NCBI GenBank assembly: GCA_963734545.1
Contig: CAVTHO010000006.1
Span: 160,001 to 224,000, forward strand
Source of the DNA: an uncultured Spirochaetota bacterium
GTDB lineage: Bacteria; Spirochaetota; Spirochaetia; SZUA-6; Fen-1364
Length of the DNA stretch: 64,000 bases
Direction of reading: 5' to 3'
Position numbers and translations under genes: made by a program. How positions within the stretch are numbered: position 1 is the stretch's first letter; each line of letters starts with the position of its first letter. This document shows, piece by piece, positions 41,177 to 50,500 of the stretch. The notes under the pieces are model-generated. The model was not told the origin of the DNA. It made no database searches and was given only the letters and a program-made list of their open reading frames with translations.

Positions 41177-42133
41177 ATGAGAACGAACAAATCCGCCGCG
41201 TACGGCGGCGCCATGACGGAGTGGTCACGGGATTATCGGCGCATCGAGCGGGCGATCAACTTCATTGAAGAGAACATCGACACCCGGCCCGACCTTGCCG
41301 CGGTGGCCCGCGTGGCCGGCTTGAGCGATTTCCATTTTCAGCGTCTTTTCAGCAGGATGGTGGGGATCAGCCCGAAGAGGTACGAGCAGTTCCTCACAAA
41401 AGAGGCGGCGAAGAAGCTGCTTGCCGGATCCGAGAGCCTGCTGGACGCCGCGTACGACGTCGGGCTCTCCGGTCCGGGAAGGCTGCACGATCTCTTTGTT
41501 TCCTGCGAGGCCGTGACTCCCGGGGAGTTCAAGAGCCGGGGGGAGGGTCTCACGATCGGATACGGCTTCCATCCCACGCCGTTCGGAGAGGCGATGCTTG
41601 CTTCCACCGACAAGGGCATCTGCGCGCTCTCTTTCACGGCAGAGGACAGCCGGGAGGAGGTCCTTGCCCGGCTTCGGGAAGAATGGGGAAACGCCCGGGT
41701 TGCGCCCGATCAGGACGGCACGGCGCGGATCATCGGGCGGATCTTCGCCGGCGCGGCCAGGGCCGGGGCCCCGCTCACCCTGTACCTGCGCGGGACGAAC
41801 TTCCAGGTCAAGGTGTGGGAAGCCCTTCTTTCGATTCCTCCGGGCCGGCTCGCTACCTACGAGGATGTGGCGCGAAGGATCGGCGACCCGTCTGCCACGA
41901 GGGCGGTGGGGAGCGCCGTGGGGCGCAATCCCATTGCGTACATCATTCCCTGCCACCGCGTGATACGGAAGACAGGGGAGCTCGGGGGCTATCACTGGGG
42001 CATCGCCAGGAAGCGGCTGATCCTTGCATGGGAAGCTTCAAAGTTCGGCAGGGAGCCGGTGGAAGAGGCCGAAGAGAACGCGCCGTCAGAGACGGCGCGC
42101 GTGCGCGCAGGAGTCGGCGGGGGACGGACATGA
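41177..42133 (+). CDS. AraC-HTH plus methylated-DNA--protein-cysteine methyltransferase (Ada/Ogt-like, no N-terminal Zn domain); alternative start 41213
   Basis: [41 protein letters not shown]. Confidence 0.92.
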   Translation: MRTNKSAAYGGAMTEWSRDYRRIERAINFIEENIDTRPDLAAVARVAGLSDFHFQRLFSRMVGISPKRYEQFLTKEAAKKLLAGSESLLDAAYDVGLSGPGRLHDLFVSCEAVTPGEFKSRGEGLTIGYGFHPTPFGEAMLASTDKGICALSFTAEDSREEVLARLREEWGNARVAPDQDGTARIIGRIFAGAARAGAPLTLYLRGTNFQVKVWEALLSIPPGRLATYEDVARRIGDPSATRAVGSAVGRNPIAYIIPCHRVIRKTGELGGYHWGIARKRLILAWEASKFGREPVEEAEENAPSETARVRAGVGGGRT

Positions 42134-43047
42134 AAGAGGTGCGATGGGAGCGGATGTTTCCCGACACGCTGGAGGCCGCGTTCGCCGAATGCCCCGTCGT
42201 GTACTTCCCCTACGGGATGATCGAGCCCCACGGACCGCAGAATGCCCTCGGCCTGGACGGGCTGAAAGCGCACGCGATTGCCTGCCGGGCCGCGCAGGAG
42301 CACGGCGGCATCGTCGCGCCGCCCGACTACTGGCACATCCACGAAATCGGCGGCTATGGTCTGTGGGCATCGCGGATGATCGGCGAGGTGGAGAGAAAAT
42401 GGCTGAGCTCGGTTCCGCCCGCCGTACATTTCCGGAACCTCTGCTACCACGTCCGCGCGGCTGACGCTCTCGGTTTCCATGCGGCAATCCTCCTCACCGG
42501 CCACTACGGGCCGAACTGGCGCGACTTGAAGACCGTGATCGAGCTGCTCCAGCCGCACGTGGGCACCCGGCTCTTCGGGCTGCCAGATTTCGAGGCGAAT
42601 GATCCGGGCTTCGACCGCGACGGGATGAGCAAGGCTGACCACGCCGGCAAGGTCGAGACCTCCCTGCTCATGGCGCTGGAGCCCTCGTGCAGCGACCTCA
42701 GCCGGCTGCCGCCCGCGACATCCTTCGACGACGGCGCAAAACCCGCCGGTACCCCCTGGGCAATGGGTCCTGATGCGGCCCTGTCGGACCGGCGCACCGG
42801 CGACCGCATGGTCGCGGACGAGGTTTCCTATCTCGGCACTTTGGCGCGCAAGCTGCTTGCCGATTACAAACGCCTGTCCCCGCGACATACTTTTCGCACC
42901 TTCGAGGATGTCGAGCGGGTCTGGAAAGCGGAGATTGCGCCGCGGATCGAAGACTTCGAGTGCGTAAAGCAGGATTTCGACGGCTCCGGTGACCGGGTCC
43001 CGGCGTCATCCGTCTGGAGCGAGAATCTTCGCAACCCGTCAGAATAG
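42130..43047 (+). CDS. Creatininase-family protein
   Basis: PYGMIEPHG…LGLD, LTGHYG, DHAGKVETS. Confidence 0.85.
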   Translation: MKEVRWERMFPDTLEAAFAECPVVYFPYGMIEPHGPQNALGLDGLKAHAIACRAAQEHGGIVAPPDYWHIHEIGGYGLWASRMIGEVERKWLSSVPPAVHFRNLCYHVRAADALGFHAAILLTGHYGPNWRDLKTVIELLQPHVGTRLFGLPDFEANDPGFDRDGMSKADHAGKVETSLLMALEPSCSDLSRLPPATSFDDGAKPAGTPWAMGPDAALSDRRTGDRMVADEVSYLGTLARKLLADYKRLSPRHTFRTFEDVERVWKAEIAPRIEDFECVKQDFDGSGDRVPASSVWSENLRNPSE

Positions 43048-43061
43048 GCCAAATATTTGTC

Positions 43062-43116
43062 TTGACATCTTGTTTTGAGGGTGTTACAATATTAGAGTAT
43101 TAGTCAATTAGTACAC
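43062..43116 (+). promoter_or_regulatory. sigma70 promoter and YtrA-type GntR operator
   Basis: TTGACA 43062-43067, 17 bp, TG-extended TACAAT 43085-43090; inverted repeat GAGTATTA-N6-TAGTACAC 43095-43116. Confidence 0.75.
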
Positions 43117-43133
43117 TAAATAGGAGGATTACT

Positions 43134-44000
43134 GTGATCCAAGTTAGAGACATGAGCTTCAGCTATTCGAGAGAGAAGCTTTTCTCCCACCTCGATCTGA
43201 CTCTGGAACCCGGCAACATCTACGGTCTCCTTGGGAAAAACGGTGCCGGAAAAACAACGCTCCTGAAGCTGATCTCCGGGCTTCGTTACGCGCAGAGCGG
43301 AACCATCCGGGTTCTCGGGTACGATCCAGGAACCCGTCCCGTGCACCTGCTGGATGAAATATTCTCCGTTCCCGAGGAGCTCTTCATCCCGCCCCTGCTG
43401 CCCTCGACATACGTGAGCCTCTATGCGCCGTTCTATCCCCGGTTCGATCATGCGGAGCTCGCGCACCTGATGAAAGAGTTCGAGCTGGAGCAGGGTAAGA
43501 AGCTGTCCTCCCTCTCCTACGGCCAGAAGAAGAAGTTCGTGCTTGCATTCGGGCTCGCGTCGGGCTGCAAGGTGCTCCTCCTGGACGAGCCGACCAATGG
43601 GCTGGACATACCTTCCAAGGGCCAGTTCCGCAAGCTGCTCACCCGGGCAACCCGGGAGGATCGGATCATACTGATCTCCACGCACCAGGTGCGGGACATG
43701 GAAAACCTGATCGACCCGCTCATCGTGCTCGACCAGGGCAGGATCATCTTCCAGCAGCCGATGAGCGAGGTCACACGGAGACTCACCGCGCACCTGCAAG
43801 CCGCCGAGCCTGCCGGCGACGGCATTCTCTACTCGGACCGCACCATAGGCGGCTGGGTCGTGGTCACCGTCAATACCGGAGGCGAAGAGACGCGCCTGGA
43901 CCTGGAGACCCTGTTCAACACGGTGATCGGAAATCCCGATCGGGTGGACGCGATTTTCCGCGCGCAGGCCGCGGGGGTGACGGAGGTGCCCCGTGCATAA
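43134..44000 (+). CDS. ABC transporter ATP-binding protein (YtrB-like)
   Basis: GKNGAGKTT, LSYGQKKK, LLDEPTNGLD; AGGAGG SD. Confidence 0.93.
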   Translation: MIQVRDMSFSYSREKLFSHLDLTLEPGNIYGLLGKNGAGKTTLLKLISGLRYAQSGTIRVLGYDPGTRPVHLLDEIFSVPEELFIPPLLPSTYVSLYAPFYPRFDHAELAHLMKEFELEQGKKLSSLSYGQKKKFVLAFGLASGCKVLLLDEPTNGLDIPSKGQFRKLLTRATREDRIILISTHQVRDMENLIDPLIVLDQGRIIFQQPMSEVTRRLTAHLQAAEPAGDGILYSDRTIGGWVVVTVNTGGEETRLDLETLFNTVIGNPDRVDAIFRAQAAGVTEVPRA

Positions 44001-44811
44001 AACCATCAGACTCGAAGGAACCTTCAACCCGCGGAGACTCTACCTGCTCCTGCGCCGGGACCTTGCCCATGGGTACCGGGCCGTTCTGATCGCCATGGCC
44101 GCGGTCGGGGGGGTCCTCATCGTTTTCTCTTTCCTGTCGATGCTGGGCAGGCCCGGGCAGGACTTCTACACGCCGTTCTACGTCGGTCTCCTGTTCCTCG
44201 GTGGGTTCCTGTTCTCGAGCAGCGTGTTCAAGGAAATGCATCAGCAGGGGTCAGGTCCCTTCTACCTGACCCTGCCCGGTACGTCCCTGGAGAAGCTGGT
44301 GAGCAAGCTCTTCGTCACTTCCGTGGGCTATGCCGCGGCAATCCTCGTCTTCATGACAGGGGCTTCGGCGGTGAGCGAGCTGATCAACAGGGCGGTCTTC
44401 GGCGCCGGCCACGCATGGTTCAACCCTCTCAGCCTGCCGAACCTCAAGAGCGCAGCGGTCTATCTGGTCTGCCAGAGCGTCTTCCTGCTCGGATCGGTGT
44501 GGTTCCGCAAGGTGGTCTTTCTGAAGATCCTGCTTGCCGAGAGTATCGTGTTCGTGGGCCTGGCGATCATCGCCGCCGTCACCTTCCGCATTGCGTTCTG
44601 GGGTCTCTTCACGGGCGGCCACCTGAGGCCGGAGGTGATCCAGATATTCTCCCAGGGATTCGGGAGCTTCACGGTGAACGGCAAGGCGGCCGAAGCTCTC
44701 AACCGCGGCTCGCAGGTATTCCTCACGATCGTGCGCGTGCTCTTCTGGGCGGCGCTCGCGCCGGTCTGCTGGGTGGCAGCGTACTTCCGGCTTCAGGAAA
44801 CCGAGGTCTAG
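43993..44811 (+). CDS. ABC-2-type permease-like membrane protein
   Basis: About 6 hydrophobic segments, YLTLPGTSLEKLVSK motif; between ATPase and GntR. Confidence 0.8.
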   Translation: MHKTIRLEGTFNPRRLYLLLRRDLAHGYRAVLIAMAAVGGVLIVFSFLSMLGRPGQDFYTPFYVGLLFLGGFLFSSSVFKEMHQQGSGPFYLTLPGTSLEKLVSKLFVTSVGYAAAILVFMTGASAVSELINRAVFGAGHAWFNPLSLPNLKSAAVYLVCQSVFLLGSVWFRKVVFLKILLAESIVFVGLAIIAAVTFRIAFWGLFTGGHLRPEVIQIFSQGFGSFTVNGKAAEALNRGSQVFLTIVRVLFWAALAPVCWVAAYFRLQETEV

Positions 44812-44812
44812 G

Positions 44813-45172
44813 ATGGAGTTCCGCGAGAGCCAGGCCATCTATCTGCAGATCGCGGATATGGTGTGCGAAAACGTGTTGAGCGGCTCCTGGAAGCCGGGTG
44901 ACCGTGTGCCTGCCATTCGGGAGCTCGCGGAGAGCATCGAGGTCAACCCCAACACTGTCGTGCGCGCGTATTCTTTTCTGCAAGAGCACGGCATCATCCA
45001 CAACCAGCGCGGAATCGGATACTTTGTCGCAGAGAATGCCCGCGAGATCACACGGGACCTGGAAAGGAAGCGGTTTCTCGGCAGCGAGCTTCCGCGGGTC
45101 TTCAGGACCATGAAGCTGCTGGACATCGATATCGACGAACTGCGGAGGCTGTACGAAATGGAGGCAAAGTGA
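44813..45172 (+). CDS. GntR-family regulator, YtrA subfamily
   Basis: IYLQIAD…PAIRELA…VNPNTVVRAY…RGIGYFV; 119 aa. Confidence 0.92.
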   Translation: MEFRESQAIYLQIADMVCENVLSGSWKPGDRVPAIRELAESIEVNPNTVVRAYSFLQEHGIIHNQRGIGYFVAENAREITRDLERKRFLGSELPRVFRTMKLLDIDIDELRRLYEMEAK

Positions 45173-45291
45173 TGAAAAAAAGCATGACCGTTCTGCTCGT
45201 TGCCATCGGGATCGTCGTTGCGCTGATCGTCGCGTACGCCGTTTTCGCGCGCGTGAACATCGGCGGGCTGCTCACCGGAGCGAGCGTGTGA
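45172..45291 (+). CDS. 39-aa single-TM small protein (MKKSMTVLLVAIGIVVALIVAYAVFARVNIGGLLTGASV), absent from the ORF track
   Basis: TGATG overlap with gntR stop, GGAGG SD, hydrophobic core, hairpin directly after. Confidence 0.7.
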   Translation: MKKSMTVLLVAIGIVVALIVAYAVFARVNIGGLLTGASV

Positions 45292-45299
45292 CCTGATGG

Positions 45300-45324
45300 G
45301 GGGAGGCTTCGGCCTCCCCGTCTT
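45300..45324 (+). terminator. Terminator-like hairpin closing the Ytr-like operon
   Basis: GGGGAGGC-TTCG-GCCTCCCC then GTCTT. Confidence 0.65.
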
Positions 45325-45387
45325 CGAGGCGCAGCGCGCCTCCATTCTTGCCAGAGCCCGCACCTTCCTTGTATTCTCCTCCTGCCT

Positions 45388-46784
45388 ATGAAACCGAGAA
45401 ACCACGCGAAATTGCTCGCCGCGCTGGCGGAGGAGTACAGCCGCCGCTCGCCACGCTCGTCAGCTCTCAATCAGGAGGCGCTGAAGCACCTCGTGGACGG
45501 CGGGAGCCACTCCATACGTCTCGTGAAGCCTTTTCCGCCGCGCATCGTCTCGGCAAAGGGCGCCTACGTGACGGACGAGGACGGGCACCGGATCCTGGAT
45601 TTCTGGCAGGGCCACCACGCGAACATCCTCGGCCACAATCCGCCCGTGATCACGGAGGAGCTCGCGCGCGCGTTCGCTTCGGGCTGCGGCCTGCAGACCG
45701 GCTTCACGGACGCCGCTGCAGGTGCAGACCGCGGAGATACTCTGTGCCAGAACGGGCGCTGAGAAGGTCCGCTTCACCTCCAGCGGTTCACTGGCCACCA
45801 TGTACGCGATCCTCCTTTCCCGCGCGTTCACCGGAAGAGAAAGGGTGATGAAGGTCGGCGGCGGCTGGCACGGCGCCCAGCCGTGGGGGCTCGTCGGCGT
45901 GGACTACCACGCGGAGAACCGCCACAGCTTCGAGCAGACGGAGAGCAGGGGACTTCCCAGCGCGGTGGCGGACCAGGTGATCGTGACCGGATTCAACGAC
46001 ACGGCCATGCTGGAGGAGCAGTTCAAGAAGCACGGCGGACGGGTGGCCTGCTTCATATTCGAGCCGTTCATGGGCTCGGGCGGCTGTCTGCCGGCCGAGC
46101 CGGGAGTTTCTCGCCGCCGCGCGCGCGCTGACCCGGAAGCACGGCGCGCTTCTCATCTTCGACGAGGTGATATCGGGCTTCCGGTTCTGCGCGGGCAGCT
46201 CCTCGCGGCTTTTCGGCGTGCAGCCCGACCTCGCCACTTTCGCGAAGATCATGGGCGGCGGGATGCCCGTTGCCGCGGTCGCGGGCAGGGCGGATGTCAT
46301 GCAGCTTGCCGGACGGGGAGGAGGAGTGAAGTTCTCGGGCGGCACCTACTCCTGCCACCCCGCCTCCCTGCTCGCTTCGCGCGTAATGATGGAGCACCTC
46401 GTGGCAGAGGAGCGGCAGGTGTACCCGCTGATCGCCCGGCAGGGGGAGAAGGCCCGGCGCACGGTCGAGGAGGCGTTCCGCGCGGAAGGGATTCACGCGA
46501 CCTGCACGGGAGACGGGAACGACGCCCTGCCGGACAGCTCCCTGGCCGCCGTGCATTTCCCTTATGACGCGAAGACAGCGTGCAACGCTCCCGAGCAGAC
46601 ACGCAATCCCGAAGTCTGCGACGTGGAGCTCTCCGACACCGTGCTGCAGCTCGCGCTGCTGCTGGAGGACGTGTTCGTCATGCATGGGCTCGGTTCCGTC
46701 TCCGCCGCGCACACCGAGGAGGACATCGCCCTGCTGGGCGATGCGTGCCGGAGGGCGGGGCGGCGGATCGCGTCATTCCTTTGA
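45388..46784 (+). CDS. Class III aminotransferase (glutamate-1-semialdehyde aminomutase-like); frameshifts near 45715 and 46100
   Basis: KGAYVTDEDG, ILGH, VRFTSSGS, GGWHG, LIFDEVISGFR, FAKIMGGGMP. Confidence 0.85.
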
Positions 46785-48167
46785 TCACCTGCAGCCGTGA
46801 ACAGGGCGAGCGGCTCGGCCGCGCGGTGCGCTTTCGTACCGTGACCCTCGCTTCGGGGGACCCCCTTTCCCAGCCCGGCTACGGCGAGTTTCGCGGCTTC
46901 GAGGAGTTTCTCCGCCGGGAGTTTCCCCGCGCGTCCCAGGCGCTGCGATGGGAAGCCCCCAGTCCCCTTGCATTGCTCCTCACCTGGGAGCCGGCTGATT
47001 CGGAGAAGACGCAGCCCGCCGTCCTCCTGTACGCGCATTATGACGTGGTTCCCGCCGGCATCGACGCCGGCTGGTCGCACCCTCCGTTTTCCGGTGACCT
47101 GGCCGACGGTTTCGTCTGGGGCCGGGGAACCCTGGATGACAAGGGCACCCTGCTCGGGATCCTGGAGGCGACCGAAGGGCTGCTCGCGGAGGGCTTTCGT
47201 CCGCGCCGGACAATCCTTCTTGCATTCGGCGGTGACGAGGAGACGAGCGGCCGGCTCGGGGCGGCGGCAATCGCCGGTGCCCTTGCCGCGCGCGGGGTGC
47301 GTCTCTCCTGCGTCCTGGACGAAGGCTCGGTCATCAGCGAGCGCGTCATGCCTTTCATTCGGCCGGCCCGTGGCCATGGTCGGAGTGGCGGAAAAGGGAT
47401 TCGCGAACGTCGAGATCGTCGTGGAAGGCAGGGCCGGCCACGCCTCCATGCCGGGCAGGGGGACCTCGGCCGGGGCGCTCGCGGCCGTTGTGGCGGCGAT
47501 CGAGCGCCGGCGTTTTCCCGCGCGGCTCACGCCCACTGTCCTGCGGTTCTTCCGCGCCCTCGCGCCCCACGCGGGCGGTCTTCCGGGTCTTGGCCTGAGG
47601 TTCCTGCGCCCCCTCTGGCCGCTCCTCCGCCGCAGGCTCTCCGCCGAACGGTCGATGGATGCGCTGGTCCGTACCACGCAGGCGGTGACGATCCTGCGTG
47701 CCGGTGAAAAGGAGAATGTCATCCCGCACGAGTCCCGGGCCGTGATCAATCTGCGGCTGCTTCCGGGTGACTCCTCGCAGTCCGCGCTGGCGCGCATAGA
47801 AAAGATCGCCCGCCGCAGCCTTCCACGGGGTTTCACCCTGCGGGCGGCATTCCTCGAAGGCACGACGAGGAGCGAGCCGGTTCCCGAGACCCGGCCGGAC
47901 CCGTCCCTCTGGAAAGTCATCGACGAATCCATACACGAAGTCTGCCCGCCCGCAATAGTGGCGCCGTTCCTCGTGGTCGTGTACACTGACTCGCGAAAGT
48001 TTGTCGACCTGACCGCGTGCATCGTGCGCCTGCTTCCGATTGTTCTCGGTTCCGAGGAGCTGGCCAGGATCCACGCATTCGACGAACGGATATCGCTGGA
48101 AAACTACGGCCGCATGATACGCTTCTACGGGACCTTCATCCGCGGAGCGGGGAGCGCCCTGACGTGA
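46781..48167 (+). CDS. M20/M25/M40 metallopeptidase; frameshift near 47365
   Basis: YAHYDVVP, WGRGTLDDKG, GGDEE, LDEG, AEKG, GHASMP, RIHAFDERI. Confidence 0.88.
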
Positions 48168-49183
48168 AAGCAGTGTACGGTTTTCTCAAGTCGGTCCGGC
48201 TGACGATCGTGCTCGTCCTCGTGATTGCGGCGCTTTCCCTGGTCGCCTCCCTCGTTCCCCAGGGCAGACCCGATGCGTGGTATGGGTCGCACTACCCCCC
48301 GGCCCTCTCCGACCTTATCCGGTTCGCGGGTCTTCCCCGGTTTTTCAGCTCAGTCGGTTTTCTCGCTCCTGCCTTTCTTCTCACGTTGAACCTGGCAGTG
48401 TGCGCCGTTGACAGGATGATCCGCCGGGTGAAGAACAAGGCGAAACCGCGCTACGGACCCGACCTCGTTCACCTCGGGCTTCTCGTCCTCATTGCGGGGG
48501 GACTGGTAACGGCACTCGGACGGCAGGAGACCACGTGGTCCCTCGCCGTGGGGGAGGATGCCGCTCTCAGCTCTACCTACGCGCTGCACCTGCTGTCCCT
48601 GCAGTTTCTGAAATACGACAACGGAGCCCCGAAGGAATGGACCTCGACCGTGCGTGTCACCCGCGACGGAAATGTTGAAATCCCCTCTTTTCCCATCCGG
48701 GTGAACCAGCCGCTGCGCCTCAAGGGTCTCAGCGTCTACCAGGCGGCGTGGGAGCTGCAGGGCACCCTGGACCTGCGGGAGGCCGGGGGAGAGGCGGTGA
48801 CCGCAACCACCGGGCAGGGCTTCCCCCTTGGCGACTCGTTCTGGTACTTCGCGGAAGCGCAGAAGACCCGGGACGCATGGAGCATCGTTGCCGTGGAATA
48901 CAAGGGCAGGGAGATGAGGCCTGTCTCCACGCGCGAGCTGCGGGCGGGAGACGTGCTCGGTCCCTACACTGTGACGGGCATAACGGCCCGGGAGATCACC
49001 GGGCTGAAGGCGGTAAGTGATCCGGGTTTTGCGCCGTTTCTGGCCGCGCTGGGGATTATTGTTCTCGGGCTCTGCCTGACATTTATCCAATCGCGGTACG
49101 GGAGTACCCGTTCGGCGAGTACGCCGTACCCCGCGGATTCTGCGCCGCGGGACCCCGCGGAGTCGGGTGAGGCCGCGACATGA
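48164..49183 (+). CDS. resB: Cytochrome c biogenesis protein ResB/CcsB-like
   Basis: FLKSVRLTIVL…SLVPQ, LVHLGLL, IRVNQPL…YQ, TGLKAVSDPG; adjacent to ccsA. Confidence 0.82.
   Translation: MKAVYGFLKSVRLTIVLVLVIAALSLVASLVPQGRPDAWYGSHYPPALSDLIRFAGLPRFFSSVGFLAPAFLLTLNLAVCAVDRMIRRVKNKAKPRYGPDLVHLGLLVLIAGGLVTALGRQETTWSLAVGEDAALSSTYALHLLSLQFLKYDNGAPKEWTSTVRVTRDGNVEIPSFPIRVNQPLRLKGLSVYQAAWELQGTLDLREAGGEAVTATTGQGFPLGDSFWYFAEAQKTRDAWSIVAVEYKGREMRPVSTRELRAGDVLGPYTVTGITAREITGLKAVSDPGFAPFLAALGIIVLGLCLTFIQSRYGSTRSASTPYPADSAPRDPAESGEAAT
49096..49164 (+). repeat. Palindromic repeat element copy C, translated as the ResB C-terminal tail
   Basis: Core GTACGGGAGTACCCGTTCGGCGAGTACGCCGTAC (49096-49129) followed by CCGCGGATTCTGCGCCGCGGGACC-CCGCGGAGTC. 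Confidence 0.8.
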
Positions 49184-49971
49184 CCGCAACCCTCGGTCTC
49201 CTCTGCATTGCCCTTGCCGCGGTCCTGCAGGCGGGCTTCCTCCTGAGGCGTGAAAACCGCCGCGACCCGGTCTCTCACTGGCTGCTCCTTGCCGCCGCGC
49301 TCCTGCTCTTTGCCACCCTCGCGCAGAGGAGCTTCCGGATAAGCTTCGTCGCCGTCACGAACACCTACGAGTCGCTGGTGTTTTTCTCCGCGGCAATCTG
49401 CGTGGTGCTCTTCGGTCTGCGTCTTGCGCCTCAGAACGCAGGGGCATGTCGCCGTTCGTGATGTTCGGCGCCACATTCGTGTGTCTCGCGCTCCTGATGC
49501 TTTCCTCTTCACCCCTGGCGCCCCGGGACATCCAGCCGCCCATCCCCGCCCTCCAGTCCTTCTGGCTCGTCCTGCACGTCACGTTCTCCTTCATCGGAGA
49601 GGCTTTCTTCGTCGTGAGCTTCGTCGCTGCCATCGGCCTTCCTGGCCGCGCGGAACGAGGACCGGCGCGCCGACATGGACCGGCTGATGGCCACCTCCAT
49701 CGGCATCGGGTACCCGATCTTCACGGCGGGAGCGCTCGTCTTCGGAGCCATCTGGGCGGAGACGGCGTGGGGAAGCTGGTGGAGCTGGGATCCCAAGGAG
49801 ATCTGGGCGCTGATCACGTGGCTGATCTATACCGCCTACCTGCATACGCGCCTCGTGCGGAAGATGCGCGGCAGGGTCTCGGCCGTGCTCGTCATCGTGG
49901 GGTTCCTCGCCACGCTGTTCACTTTTTTCGGCGTGAACTTCCTGCTCTCCGGGCTGCACAGCTACGGCTGA
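49180..49971 (+). CDS. ccsA: Cytochrome c biogenesis protein CcsA/ResC; frameshifts near 49440 and 49640
   Basis: NTYES, PALQSFWLVLHV, GAIWAETAWGSWWSWDPKEIW (WWD domain), YLH, GLHSY. Confidence 0.92.
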
Positions 49972-50493
49972 GACCGCGCCGCCTGCTCGAAAAGCTTCTC
50001 CAGCGCTTCGTTCGTTGGTCACCGCACGCCGCGACCACTTCCCGCGCCCACGCGACGTATTCCCGCTTTCTCCGCGCGCTCCACCCCACGGGAGGGCTCT
50101 CGGCGATGGAGCGAAGATTGGCGATCTTGTCCGCGATCTTGATCATCCGCGCACGGCGCGATTTCTTCGGGGCGCTCTCCACCTGCTGTCTCTTGCGCGA
50201 TCTCCCGGTCCAGGCGGGTGTCGTCCGTGACCTCGACGACGAGCGACGCGACATCATCCCCGAAAGCCTCGGCCAGCTCCTCGCGGTGTCGTGTCCGTGT
50301 CTTCTATCGTGTCATGCAGGAGTCCGGCCATGACCAGGGCAGGGTCGGCGCCGTCGGTGGCCTCGGCAAGGAGCAGCGCCACCTCGGTGAGATGATTGAC
50401 GTAGGGCTCCGCCTTCAGGCCCTTGCGCCGCTGCCCCGCGTGCCGGCGCGCGGCGAAATCCAGGGCCCGGGCGATACCGACGATCCCGTTCAT
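49962..50493 (-). CDS. Stand-alone HD-domain protein (Mesh1/small alarmone hydrolase-like); frameshifted
   Basis: HAGQRRKG…PYVNHLTEV, AGLLHDTIEDT, VTDD, IKIADKIANL. Confidence 0.82.
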
Positions 50494-50500
50494 GCGTCTC

